DNA of 64,000 nt. Source: an uncultured Acidobacteriota bacterium (GTDB taxonomy: Bacteria; Acidobacteriota; Thermoanaerobaculia; UBA5066; Gp7-AA6). Every line of letters begins with the position of its first letter. Positions within the stretch are counted from its first letter, which is position 1. The notes beneath the pieces were generated by a model. That model was not told the DNA's origin, ran no database searches, and worked only from the letters and a program-made list of their open reading frames with translations. The stretch is from positions 26,614 to 90,613 of the forward strand of contig CAWAKL010000005.1 in assembly GCA_963782585.1 (NCBI GenBank). Direction: 5' to 3'. Below are positions 51,009-60,370 of the stretch, piece after piece. The translations under genes were made by a program, and so were the position numbers.

Positions 51009-51538
51009 ACCTCGTCGGTTCCGTCGATCTCCTGGAAGAGGACCTGGATCGTCTCGCGGTTGGCGGTGGGAACGCTCTTGCCGACGTAGTTGGCCTCGAT
51101 CGGAAACTCGCGATGACCCCGGTCGATGAGGACCGCGAGGCGAATCGCCCGCGGGCGGCCGAGATCGATCACGCCGTCGAGCGCGGCCCGGATGGTGCGG
51201 CCCGTGTACAGGACGTCGTCACAGAGGAGCACTGTCCGTCCGTTCAGGTCGAAATCGATTTCCGTCTTCTTGAGCAGGGGCTGCGGCGCCACGGTCGAGA
51301 GGTCGTCGCGGTAGAGCGTGATGTCGAGCGTGCCGACGGGGAAGCTCTGGGGCACGAGGTCCGCGAGCCGGGCGGCCAGGCGCGCCGCGAGAGGGACGCC
51401 GCGGGTCCGGATGCCGATGAGGGCCAGCTCCTGGAGGTCCTTCTGACGCTCGACGATCTCGTGCGCCATCCGGTCGACCATTCGCCGAATGCGGTCGGCG
51501 TCGAGGATCTTGGCCTTCTTGATGAGCTCGTCGGTCAA
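50984..51538 (-). CDS. pyrR: Bifunctional pyrimidine regulatory protein/uracil phosphoribosyltransferase
   Basis: [49 protein letters not shown]. Confidence 0.95.
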   Translation of the reverse strand: MTDELIKKAKILDADRIRRMVDRMAHEIVERQKDLQELALIGIRTRGVPLAARLAARLADLVPQSFPVGTLDITLYRDDLSTVAPQPLLKKTEIDFDLNGRTVLLCDDVLYTGRTIRAALDGVIDLGRPRAIRLAVLIDRGHREFPIEANYVGKSVPTANRETIQVLFQEIDGTDEVWILERPA

Positions 51539-51547
51539 GGCCGCGCG

Positions 51548-51622
51548 AGTCTATGGGGCCGGGTTCCACCCCGTCAAGAACGGCGGAAAAACGGCTCCGA
51601 TTCGCCAAAACGGCGCTAAAAT
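51548..51622. promoter_or_regulatory. Divergent promoters for pyrR and the MglA-like gene
   Basis: Minus strand TTGACG (51572-51577)-N18-TAGACT (51548-51553). Plus strand TAAAAT at 51617-51622. Confidence 0.55.
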
Positions 51623-51643
51623 GGCCCGTACACAAAGGCTGAC

Positions 51644-53560
51644 ATGGTCATCTACAACGCTGCCACGCGGGAGCTGACGGCCAAGATCGTGTATTACGGT
51701 CCGGGCCTGTGCGGGAAGACCACGAACCTCAAGGTCCTCCACGACCGCCTCGAGCCCGGCACCGCGGGCAAGCTCCTGAACCTCCAGACGCAGACCGACC
51801 GGACCATCTACTTCGACCTGCTGCCGGTGGAGCTCGGCGACATCAAGGGCTACAAGATCCGCTTTCAGCTCGCGACCGTGCCCGGCCAGACGGCCTTCAA
51901 CGAGACGCGCCGCGTCGTCCTGAAGGGCGTCGACGGGATCGTCTTCGTGGCCGACTCGCAGTGGACGATGCTGCCGAAGAATCTCGAGGCCTGGCAGAAC
52001 CTCAAGGACAACCTCAAGACGAACAGCATCACCTTCGAGTCGATCCCCGTCGTCGTCCAGTACAACAAGCGGGACCTCGCCGACATCCTCGCCGTCGATG
52101 CCATGCAGGAAGCCCTGGGCCTGTCCTCGTATCCCTTCGTCGAGGCCGTCGCGTCCGCCGGCCGGGGCGTCACGGAGACGTTCAAGCTGATCTCGAAGCT
52201 GACGTTCGTGGACCTTCTGCGTCGGCTCCAGGGCCGCCGCGCCGAGGAGGACGAGGCCGGCGCGCGGGCCGCGGAGGAACTGGCGCGCCAGGACGACCTC
52301 CAGACCTGGAAAGACTCGCTCTTGAAGCGCGACTCGCAGCCCGCCGTGGCGCGGCCGTCGCGTCCCCTGACGCTCGTGCCGCCGGTTTCCGAGGAGGCCC
52401 CCTTCGATACGACCGAGCTCGGACGAGGCGTGGACGACGAGGAGTCGGACTCTCCGTATTCCGTTCCGGAGCCGCCCGAGATGGGCATGCCGTCGGAGTT
52501 GGACCTGCCGCCGGGCGCGGCGGCGAACCCGGCGGCGACCATCCGGATGGACGCGATTTCCGACATCGACTTCCACGCTCCTCTCGCGCCGCCGGCCGGT
52601 GAGCGCGCGGAGGAAGAGGCCCCCGAGATCCTCTCGGAGGCGGACGAGGTTCAAATCGAGATCCCTCCGGCGCCGGAGCCGGAGCCGGAGACCGCCTACG
52701 AGTCGGTGCATGAGGCCGGAGAGCCGGTGTCGGCCGAGTCGGGCGCGGCATCCGCGTTCCTGACGGCCGAGGCCGCTCACGATGACCGGATCGACGTCCT
52801 GGAGCAGCGGCTTCGTGAGGTCGATGGCCGCGCGGGCCGCGAGCGGGAGGCCGCCGAGCGCCTCTTCGAGACCGTGGCGTCCACCGAGGGGCGTCTCGCC
52901 GCGGCAATCGACCACGTTTCGGCTCTGACGGAACGCCTGTCCGCAGTGGAACGCGGCGTCGGGGGCCTGCACGAAGCCCTCGGTTCGGCGCTCCAGCGCC
53001 TCGCGGGCCTCGAGAGCGCAGCCGGTCGCGCGGCCGAGCTCGAGGGCGGGCTGCGCCGCCTCGAGGAAATCGTCGGGCCGCTCGAGAGCGAGCTGCGCGG
53101 CGAGGTCGGCCGGCAGCGCAAGGACTCGGACGACATGACCATGGCGCTGTCCGCCCTCACCGAGCGGGCCCAGGCCGTCGACCGCGAGCTCTCCTCGGCG
53201 ATCGGCCGGCTCGCCGGACACAACGACCGCCTCTCCGCGGTCACCGAGCTCGCCGAGCGCAACGAGGAGCAGCTCGCCGCCGTTCGCAGCATTGCCGAGA
53301 AGCTGCCCGGGTTCGAGGCGCAGATCGAATCGATCCTCCAGGAGCACCGGGAGCTGCAGGAGACCTTCGAGGAGAAAACCCAGCTCGGCCGCCGCGAAGC
53401 GGAAGACATCCGCTCCCAGCTCGCGCCGCTGCTCGAGGATCGCGTCCGCCGCCACGAGTCCGACGCGATGCTCTTCGGCGAGATGGAGCGGCTGCGGGAG
53501 TCGCTCGCCGAGTCCCTGCACGAGCTCGCCGAGCGCGTAAGAAGCCGCGTCCGGGAATAG
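51644..53560 (+). CDS. MglA-family small GTPase fused to an acidic Pro/Glu-rich linker and a long coiled coil
   Basis: KIVYYGPGLCGKTTNL, TQTDRTIYFD, TVPGQ, DGIVFVADSQ, NKRD, EAVA, then a PE-rich segment and heptad-like helices. Confidence 0.85.
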   Translation: MVIYNAATRELTAKIVYYGPGLCGKTTNLKVLHDRLEPGTAGKLLNLQTQTDRTIYFDLLPVELGDIKGYKIRFQLATVPGQTAFNETRRVVLKGVDGIVFVADSQWTMLPKNLEAWQNLKDNLKTNSITFESIPVVVQYNKRDLADILAVDAMQEALGLSSYPFVEAVASAGRGVTETFKLISKLTFVDLLRRLQGRRAEEDEAGARAAEELARQDDLQTWKDSLLKRDSQPAVARPSRPLTLVPPVSEEAPFDTTELGRGVDDEESDSPYSVPEPPEMGMPSELDLPPGAAANPAATIRMDAISDIDFHAPLAPPAGERAEEEAPEILSEADEVQIEIPPAPEPEPETAYESVHEAGEPVSAESGAASAFLTAEAAHDDRIDVLEQRLREVDGRAGREREAAERLFETVASTEGRLAAAIDHVSALTERLSAVERGVGGLHEALGSALQRLAGLESAAGRAAELEGGLRRLEEIVGPLESELRGEVGRQRKDSDDMTMALSALTERAQAVDRELSSAIGRLAGHNDRLSAVTELAERNEEQLAAVRSIAEKLPGFEAQIESILQEHRELQETFEEKTQLGRREAEDIRSQLAPLLEDRVRRHESDAMLFGEMERLRESLAESLHELAERVRSRVRE

Positions 53561-53574
53561 CTGTCCCCCAGGAC

Positions 53575-53666
53575 GTCATCCTGAGGAGCGAAGCGATCGA
53601 AGCGATCCCAGACTCCGATCGCGGCGCTGCTGAGTTCGGGATCGCTTCGCTCCGCTCAGGACTGAC
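53575..53666. repeat. Palindromic MITE/REP-like element overlapping the era stop codon
   Basis: GTCATCCTGAGGAGCGAAGCGA...CGAAGCGATCCC / GGGATCGCTTCG...CTCCGCTCAGGACTGAC; perfect 12-bp inner stem. Confidence 0.8.
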
Positions 53667-54549
53667 GGCTCTTGCCTCGCAACTTCGCCAGAAACGCGCC
53701 GTCGTTGCGCCAGTCCGCCTTCACCCGCACGGTCAGCTCGAGGTAGAGCCGCCGGCCGAGCTCCGCTTCGAGCTCCTCGCGGGCGGCTTTTCCGATGTCG
53801 CGGATCATGGTGCCGCCCTTGCCGACGACGATCCCCTTCTGCCCTTCGCGCTCCACGACGACCGAGGCGGTGACGACCGTCAGGTCCTTGTCCTCGGCCT
53901 CGTGGACCGACTCGATCAGGACGGCGTGAGCGAACGGGAGCTCGTCCCGAGTCCGCTCGAGGAGCTTCTCGCGGATCACCTCGGCGATCCATTCCGTCTC
54001 GGGCGTCGACGTCAGGAAGTCCTCCGGGTACGCCGGTTCCCCTTCCGGCAGCTTCGCCGCGAGCACTTCGAAGAGGTGCTCCACGTTTTCGCCGGTTCGG
54101 GCCGAGACGGGGACGACCTCCTCGAAACGGCGGCCTTCGCACAGATCGGCGATGATCGGAAGCAGCTTCTCCTTGCGCATCCGGTCGATCTTGTTGGGAA
54201 CGAGCACGGCGGGAACACCGGCCTGCGCCACGAGGTCGGCGATGTAGCGTTCACCGGGCCCGCGCTCGCCGGCCGCGTCGACCACGAAAAGCACGAGGTC
54301 GGCCGAGCTCAGCGCGTCCTTCGCGTCGTGGACCATCGCGGCGTTCAACCGGTACTCCGGCCTGTGGATGCCGGGGGTGTCGACGAAGGCGATCTCCGCC
54401 CCCGGCCGTCTCGCCACGCCCAGGATGCGCTTGCGCGTGGTCTGCGGCTTGTCCGAAACGATCGCCACCTTCTCGCCGACGAGGGCGTTGACGAGCGTCG
54501 ACTTGCCCGCGTTGGGCCGGCCGACGACGGCGACCGATCCGGTTTTCAA
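53656..54549 (-). CDS. era: GTPase Era
   Basis: GRPNAGKSTL, SDKPQTTR, DTPG, NKID, C-terminal KH domain (IREKLLERTRDELP, GIVVGKGG). Confidence 0.96.
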   Translation of the reverse strand: MKTGSVAVVGRPNAGKSTLVNALVGEKVAIVSDKPQTTRKRILGVARRPGAEIAFVDTPGIHRPEYRLNAAMVHDAKDALSSADLVLFVVDAAGERGPGERYIADLVAQAGVPAVLVPNKIDRMRKEKLLPIIADLCEGRRFEEVVPVSARTGENVEHLFEVLAAKLPEGEPAYPEDFLTSTPETEWIAEVIREKLLERTRDELPFAHAVLIESVHEAEDKDLTVVTASVVVEREGQKGIVVGKGGTMIRDIGKAAREELEAELGRRLYLELTVRVKADWRNDGAFLAKLRGKSRQS

Positions 54550-54560
54550 GCGGTCCGCCC

Positions 54561-54632
54561 TCAGTGGTCAGCTTTCAGCCGGGCCGAAGTCACGGGCTCT
54601 GGCTGAGAGCTGAAAGCTGAGAGCTGAGAGCT
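54561..54632. repeat. Heptamer tandem repeat (GCTGA[G/A]A)x4 with an inverted partner
   Basis: GCTGAGA GCTGAAA GCTGAGA GCTGAGA (54602-54629) and the inverted arm TCAGTGGTCAGCTTTCAGC (54561-54579). Confidence 0.75.
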
Positions 54633-55847
54633 CGGGGTCGGCTCGATCCGGACGCGATAGACCCGCCGGCGGTCGGCTTCTTCGACCGTGAAGCGCAGAT
54701 CCGACTCGGTGAAAGTCTCCCCGGGCCGGGGAATGTGGCCGAGACGGCTCGCGAGGAACCCTCCGACCGTCGTGAACTCTTCCTCCTCCGGCCCCCGGCC
54801 AAAGAGGTCCCGGACGATCCCGATGTTGGCCTTGCCGGACACCGAGAAGACTCCCTCCCCGACCCGCGAGACCGGCTCGCGCTCGTCCTCGTGCTCGTCG
54901 GAAATCTCACCGACGATCTCTTCGAGGAGGTCCTCGACCGTCACGACGCCGGACACCCCGCCGTACTCGTCGACGACGATCGCCATCCAGAGGTGGCGCC
55001 GCTGGAACTCTCTCAGGAGCTCCGAGACCTTCTTGGTCTCGGGAACGAAGTAGGCCTCGCGCATCAGGTCGGCGAGCGACCGATGGGTGCCCGCCCGCAG
55101 GGCCTCGAGCGTGTCCTTGACGTGCACGACTCCGAGGACCGTGTCGATCGACCCGCGGACGACCGGAATCCGGGAGTACTTCGACTCGACGAAGAGATCG
55201 AAGAGGACGGTGGGGGAAGAGGCGACGTCGATCCACACGACGTCGGTCCGCGGCGTCATGACCTCGCGCACGCGGGTGTCCCCGAAGTCCACGATCGAGA
55301 GCAGGAGCTTCTCCTCGTCTTTCTCGAGGATGCCCTCCTGCCGGCCGACGTCGATGTAGGCCTGGACCTCCTGATCCGTGGCCTCCGCGGGCTTCTCGGA
55401 CGACGTCGCGCGCCCGGCGAAGATCCGGCGGATCGGGTAGGCGATCGGCAGAAAGAGCCACGAAGCGCCGGTGATGACGGGCAGAAGACGCGCGACGATG
55501 CGTTCGGGATCGCGACCGGCGTCGCTGCGAATGAGAGCGATCTCGGTCAGCATCCAGCCCAGCAGGAAGAACAGCCCGCCCCAGAGCCACGGCCGCGGAA
55601 CCTCCAGCGTCTCGAGCACCGACACGGTCGAGAGGAGGCCGACGAGGAGCAGCACCTGCGTGAAGACCTTGGTCGTCGTCCGGACGATCTCGACCTGTCC
55701 CGGACCGGAGAGGATGCGGGCGCGCTCGGGATGCTCCTCGAGGAGCCCCCGGACCTTGATCGGGGACAGCCGGTCGAGGGCGAGAGCAAACGTCTCGAAG
55801 AGCAGAAAGCCCGCGTAGCAGACGCCGGCGCCGATCAGGGCGATCAT
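54561..55847 (-). CDS. Hemolysin/CNNM-CBS-CorC family protein
   Basis: N-terminal TM domain, [46 protein letters not shown], CorC_HlyC tail. Confidence 0.92.
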   Translation of the reverse strand: MIALIGAGVCYAGFLLFETFALALDRLSPIKVRGLLEEHPERARILSGPGQVEIVRTTTKVFTQVLLLVGLLSTVSVLETLEVPRPWLWGGLFFLLGWMLTEIALIRSDAGRDPERIVARLLPVITGASWLFLPIAYPIRRIFAGRATSSEKPAEATDQEVQAYIDVGRQEGILEKDEEKLLLSIVDFGDTRVREVMTPRTDVVWIDVASSPTVLFDLFVESKYSRIPVVRGSIDTVLGVVHVKDTLEALRAGTHRSLADLMREAYFVPETKKVSELLREFQRRHLWMAIVVDEYGGVSGVVTVEDLLEEIVGEISDEHEDEREPVSRVGEGVFSVSGKANIGIVRDLFGRGPEEEEFTTVGGFLASRLGHIPRPGETFTESDLRFTVEEADRRRVYRVRIEPTPSSQLSAFSSQPEPVTSARLKADH

Positions 55848-56299
55848 CCCGCCCGCCGATCCGCGATCCGGAGCCGCCGGCGGACCCGCGTTTCCAGGGC
55901 GTCCATCTCGCCGTTGTCGGTTTCGTGGTCGTAGCCCATCAGGTGGAGCAGGCCGTGCACGAGGAGCCGGTCGATCTCCCGCGCGCCGCTCTCGCGGCGC
56001 CGCCGTGCCTCGCGCGCCGCGTAGGGCACCGAAATGACGATGTCGCCGAGGAAGCCGCCGCCGTCCTCGCCCGCCGGGAAGGCGAGCACGTCCGTCGGAC
56101 GGTCCTGGCCCCGATAGCGGCGGTTGAGCGTGCGCATCCTCCGATCGGCGCAGAAGAGGACCGAGACGTCCCTGACGGGCGTCGATGCCGCGCGCGACCC
56201 GCGCGTTTTCGCAGCGCGCGCCGCCCGGGAGAGCAGCCCGCGGACCCGCGCCGCGGGGGGCGCCCCGGCGGACTTCGTCTGAACGTCGACGCGGAGCAT
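55844..56299 (-). CDS. ybeY: rRNA maturation endoribonuclease YbeY
   Basis: LNRRYRGQDRPTDVLAF, LGDIVIS, HGLLHLMGYDH. Confidence 0.95.
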   Translation of the reverse strand: MLRVDVQTKSAGAPPAARVRGLLSRAARAAKTRGSRAASTPVRDVSVLFCADRRMRTLNRRYRGQDRPTDVLAFPAGEDGGGFLGDIVISVPYAAREARRRRESGAREIDRLLVHGLLHLMGYDHETDNGEMDALETRVRRRLRIADRRAG

Positions 56300-58611
56300 C
56301 AGACGGCCTTCGGGGACGCCGTTTCGCCCGTGGCGGTCGGGCGGCGCCGCGCCTTCTCCCGATTGAAGTCGAAGCCCGGGTAGTCGATGCGGTGGTGGAA
56401 GACCGTCGTGACGGTGCGTTCCAGGGCGTCGGAGATCGTCGCGAGGTCGCGCATCGTCAGGTCGCACTCGTCGAACTGGCCGTCGCGCAGGCAATCGTCC
56501 ACGATCGCGTGGATCATGGCCCGGATCTTCGCCGGCGTCGGCTCGATGAGCGTCCGCGAGGCCGCTTCGACCGCGTCGGCGATCATGAGGATGCCGAGAA
56601 TGCGCGTCGAGGGCTTGGGCCCGGGATAGCGGTATTCGGTCTCCTGCACGGGACCCTGGGCCGGATCCATCCGCGTCAGGGCCTTCTGGTAGAAGTAGCG
56701 GATCAGCTTCGTGCCGTGGTGCTCGCGGATCGCCGTGACGATGGGCTCGGGAAGCCGGGCCTTGCTGGCCATCTCGACCCCCTCCTTGACGTGGGCCGCG
56801 ATGATGAGCGCCGACATCGACGGCTCCAGCCGGTCATGGCGATTGAAGCCCTTCGGCTGGTTCTCGATGAAGTAGTCGGGCATCCGGGTCTTGCCGATGT
56901 CGTGGTAGTAGCCCGACACCCGCGCGAGCAGCGCGTCGGCGCCGATCGCCTCGGCCGCGGCCTCGGCGAGGTGCCCGAGCATCAGCGAATGCTGGTAGGT
57001 GCCCGGAGCCTCGAGGGCGAGGTTGCGGAGAAGCGGCAGGTTCTGGTTCGAGAGCTCGAGCAGGCGGATGTCCGTCACGACCGAGAACAGGTGCTCGAAG
57101 ACGGGGAGCAGGAGTCCCACGACCATGGCGATCGTCAGCCCGCCGGCGACTCCCGCGAGGGAGTCCCAGAGGAGCGCCCAGCCCCACGGGCCTCCCGACA
57201 GGAAGTGGATCGCCAGAATGGCCACGAGGTTGCCCGCGCCGACCATGCCGCCCATGGTCAGCAGCACGCTTCGTGCGCGGACCTTGCCGAGCCCGTAGAT
57301 CCCGGCGAGCGAGCCGACGATGGAGAAGAGCGCGAACGGAAACGACAGGCCCATCAGCACGCCGGCGCCCACCCCCTGAACGAGGGCGACGAGGAGCGCC
57401 GGTCCCATGCCGGCGACGAGGCTCACCACGATCGGCCCGGCGGCGAAGGGAATGGCGTAGTTCACCGCCCCCGACGCGTCCTCGAGCGAGGGCGAGAGGG
57501 CCTGGGCGAGGGCGAAAGCGCCCCGCGTCACGAGGGCGAAGAGGATCCCCGTGGCGAGGACGGTGCCGAAAACGACGGCGGTCGAGCGTTCGCGCTTGCG
57601 GCGGCGCTGGCGCCGGGCGTCCAGCCAGAACGCGATGACCGCGAGAACCTGCAGGATGAGGACTCCGGTCACCTTGACCCACGAGGAGGGATCCGAGGCC
57701 GAGGCCCGCACGGCCGCGATCCACTGCGCGGCGCGCGGCGTGATCTCGTCGCCGCGACGCACGATCACCTTGCCCTGGGGAAGGCGCGTGAACACGCTCT
57801 CGACCGAGCGGGCCCCGCGATCCCGGCGCTCGGCGGTCTGTGAGGCGTCGTAGGTCAGGTTCGGCCGCAGGATCGCCGCGAGGAAGGCCGCCACCTCGGC
57901 GCGCTCGCGAACCGAGAGGGGGCTGTCCGCGAGGCGCGCGGCGACGGCCGCCCGCGTCTCGTTGCCGTATTCGACGGCGCCCGCCTCGCGGCGCCTCGCC
58001 TCGCGTCCCGACGCCGTGTCGTGAACGGTGAGGCCGCGGCCCCGCGCCTCCGGGGCCAGGTCCCGATGGTCGACGACACCGACCCGGTAGAGCTCCAGGC
58101 CGATCTCCACGAACCGGTCCTCGAGCTCCCGGGAGAATCCCTGCCGCGCGAGGGCGGCGAGGGCCTCGTCCCCGATCGGCAGCGTGAACGCGTCGCGGAC
58201 CTCCGTCGTCACGGCGCCGCGGGGGCGCGTGCGGGCCGCGGCGGCGCGGGCCCGGTCGAAGGACGCGCGGATCTCCTCCTCGAAGCGCGCTCCCGCGAGC
58301 GCGTCCGACTCGTAGATCGGCAGGACCTCGGCCGAGGCCTCGGCCCGCCGGCGCGCGGTGGCTTCCGGGTCCGGCACGATCAGATCGCGCGGGGCGACGA
58401 CGTCGCGCGGCGCGATCGTTCCGGGCGTCATCGCCCCGCGGCGGAACGAGAGCGCGGGCGAAAAGGCCAGCGTCGTGACGAGCACGTAGCCGGCGCCCCA
58501 GAGGAGGGGCTGGAGCCACTCCCGCCGCGGCCGCTCGCCCGGGCCCGCAGGCGGCGCGCTCGTGCGGCCGAAATGGAACGTCCTGCGCCTCTCGGGCGCG
58601 CGTTCGCTCAT
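56299..58611 (-). CDS. 7TM-HD family phosphohydrolase (PgpH-like cyclic-di-AMP phosphodiesterase)
   Basis: 7TM-HD extracellular domain, seven TMs, APGTYQHS, YYHDIGK, HVKEG, REHHGT, ADAVEAASR. Confidence 0.9.
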   Translation of the reverse strand: MSERAPERRRTFHFGRTSAPPAGPGERPRREWLQPLLWGAGYVLVTTLAFSPALSFRRGAMTPGTIAPRDVVAPRDLIVPDPEATARRRAEASAEVLPIYESDALAGARFEEEIRASFDRARAAAARTRPRGAVTTEVRDAFTLPIGDEALAALARQGFSRELEDRFVEIGLELYRVGVVDHRDLAPEARGRGLTVHDTASGREARRREAGAVEYGNETRAAVAARLADSPLSVRERAEVAAFLAAILRPNLTYDASQTAERRDRGARSVESVFTRLPQGKVIVRRGDEITPRAAQWIAAVRASASDPSSWVKVTGVLILQVLAVIAFWLDARRQRRRKRERSTAVVFGTVLATGILFALVTRGAFALAQALSPSLEDASGAVNYAIPFAAGPIVVSLVAGMGPALLVALVQGVGAGVLMGLSFPFALFSIVGSLAGIYGLGKVRARSVLLTMGGMVGAGNLVAILAIHFLSGGPWGWALLWDSLAGVAGGLTIAMVVGLLLPVFEHLFSVVTDIRLLELSNQNLPLLRNLALEAPGTYQHSLMLGHLAEAAAEAIGADALLARVSGYYHDIGKTRMPDYFIENQPKGFNRHDRLEPSMSALIIAAHVKEGVEMASKARLPEPIVTAIREHHGTKLIRYFYQKALTRMDPAQGPVQETEYRYPGPKPSTRILGILMIADAVEAASRTLIEPTPAKIRAMIHAIVDDCLRDGQFDECDLTMRDLATISDALERTVTTVFHHRIDYPGFDFNREKARRRPTATGETASPKAV

Positions 58612-58619
58612 CGAATGAC

Positions 58620-59621
58620 TCAGCGACCGGAAGCGGGCCGGCCCGGCGTCGCGGCGGCGGCTTCGCGCTCCCGGTCGAGGGCTTCGTAGGCGGTGATGAT
58701 CGACTGCACCAGCGTGTGCCGGACGACGTCGCGCTCGTCGAAGAGCACGAAGCGGATTCCTTCGATGCCCGAAAGCACCTGTTGCGCCTCGCGCAGCCCG
58801 GAGGTCTTGCCGTGCGGCAGGTCGATCTGCGTGACGTCTCCGGTGACGACGGCTTTCGAGCCGAAACCGATCCGCGTCAGGAACATCTTCATCTGCTCGG
58901 AGGTGGTGTTCTGCGCCTCGTCGAGGATGATGAAGGCGTCGTTGAGCGTCCGTCCCCGCATGAACGCGATCGGCGCCACTTCGATGATGCCCCGCTCGAG
59001 CAGCTTGGCCGTCTTCTCGTAGCCGAGAATGTCGTAGAGCGCGTCGTAGAGCGGGCGCAGATACGGATTGATCTTCTCGACGAGATCGCCCGGCAGAAAG
59101 CCCAGCCGCTCCCCGGCCTCTACGGCCGGACGGGCGAGGACGATGCGCTTGACCTTCTTCTCGAGGAGAGCCGCCGCCGCCATGGCCACGGCGAGGTATG
59201 TCTTTCCGGTCCCGGCGGGGCCGACCGCGAAGACGAGGTCGTGCCGGTCGATGGTCTGGACGTAGAGCCGCTGCTTGAGGTTGCGCGCGGTCACGACGGA
59301 CTTGAGCGTCGGCCCGAAGGGGCTTTCGGTGAAGAACTCCGTCAGCGAGACGCTCGGGTCCTCCCGGGCGACGCGAATCGCCGTCGTGACGTCGCTTCCG
59401 CGCAGGGGGAATCCCCCGGCCAGAAGGTCGGAGAGGCCCGCCAGGAGCCGCCGGGCGGCATCCTCCTTCTCACCTTCTCCGAGAACCGCGATTTCGCTCC
59501 CCCGGGCCTGCAAGCGGACACCGAAGGCGTCCTCGATGGCCCGGAGGTTTTCGTCGGCGATTCCGAAGAGCGCGGTGAGTCCGGTTTCGGGCAGGGTTAC
59601 GGCGTGATTCGGTTCAGAAAT
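58620..59621 (-). CDS. phoH: PhoH family protein (start codon uncertain, possibly ATT)
   Basis: GPAGTGKTYLA, RPAVEAGERLGFLPGD, PYLRPLYDAL, MRGRTLN, LDEAQN, GDVTQIDL. Confidence 0.93.
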   Translation of the reverse strand: MSEPNHAVTLPETGLTALFGIADENLRAIEDAFGVRLQARGSEIAVLGEGEKEDAARRLLAGLSDLLAGGFPLRGSDVTTAIRVAREDPSVSLTEFFTESPFGPTLKSVVTARNLKQRLYVQTIDRHDLVFAVGPAGTGKTYLAVAMAAAALLEKKVKRIVLARPAVEAGERLGFLPGDLVEKINPYLRPLYDALYDILGYEKTAKLLERGIIEVAPIAFMRGRTLNDAFIILDEAQNTTSEQMKMFLTRIGFGSKAVVTGDVTQIDLPHGKTSGLREAQQVLSGIEGIRFVLFDERDVVRHTLVQSIITAYEALDREREAAAATPGRPASGR

Positions 59622-59742
59622 CGGCGCTGCTCCTTGAGGCGGTAAACGGTACCACGATAGGGGCCCTCCCGCCCCGGGGGGCCCCCTCACGGCTACCTAA
59701 ACTGCTGAGCAGCAAAGACTTGGTGCCTGATATCCCCCGGCC

Positions 59743-60318
59743 CTACTTGCCCGCCGCGATGGACTTGCACATGTCTTCGAGGCCATTTTCGACCGCGTCC
59801 GGGATCGTCGAGCCCTTGGCCTTCTGGCGCAACTCTCCGACGATCTCGCCGTTCTTGTCCTTGATCAGCAGCTCCAGCCCGACCCCCGGGTTGGCCGCCC
59901 AGCCGCCCCAGTAACGGGCGGCGCCGCTCGGCTCCCAGGCGTTGAAGACATTGCCCTCGACCACGATGTCCGCGCCCTTTTCAACGATCTCGAAGCCTTC
60001 CCGTTCGAGCCACTGTTCGGCGTACTCCCGGCCGTCCCGGGCCGCATCGCGCGAATCGCGCCCTTTCCCGTTGCTCTCGAAGTCCTTGACCATGACCGTC
60101 TTGTAGGTCTTCAGGCTGCCCTTGGGGAAGTAGACCCAATCGGCGTCCTTCCCCGCGACGAGCTTGTCGTAGTCGGGGAGGAACTTCTGCGGCTCGTCTT
60201 TCTCTTTCGCGTCGTCGGAGCCGACGAAGGACTTGGGAACGGCCAGAGCGGCGGACGCCAGGAGGAGCAGAAAGGCGGCGGCGAAGGCAGCAGTCAGTCT
60301 GCGGGAAAAAGCAGGCAT
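59743..60318 (-). CDS. Secreted hypothetical protein
   Basis: Signal peptide MPAFSRRLTAAFAAAFLLLLASAALA; AAGGAG RBS and TG-n-TACAAT promoter (60343-60351) upstream. Confidence 0.7.
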   Translation of the reverse strand: MPAFSRRLTAAFAAAFLLLLASAALAVPKSFVGSDDAKEKDEPQKFLPDYDKLVAGKDADWVYFPKGSLKTYKTVMVKDFESNGKGRDSRDAARDGREYAEQWLEREGFEIVEKGADIVVEGNVFNAWEPSGAARYWGGWAANPGVGLELLIKDKNGEIVGELRQKAKGSTIPDAVENGLEDMCKSIAAGK

Positions 60319-60370
60319 GTGCGGAATCTCCTTCGGAGGGGAATTGTAGCAGGGCCGCGCGCCCGGAAGA

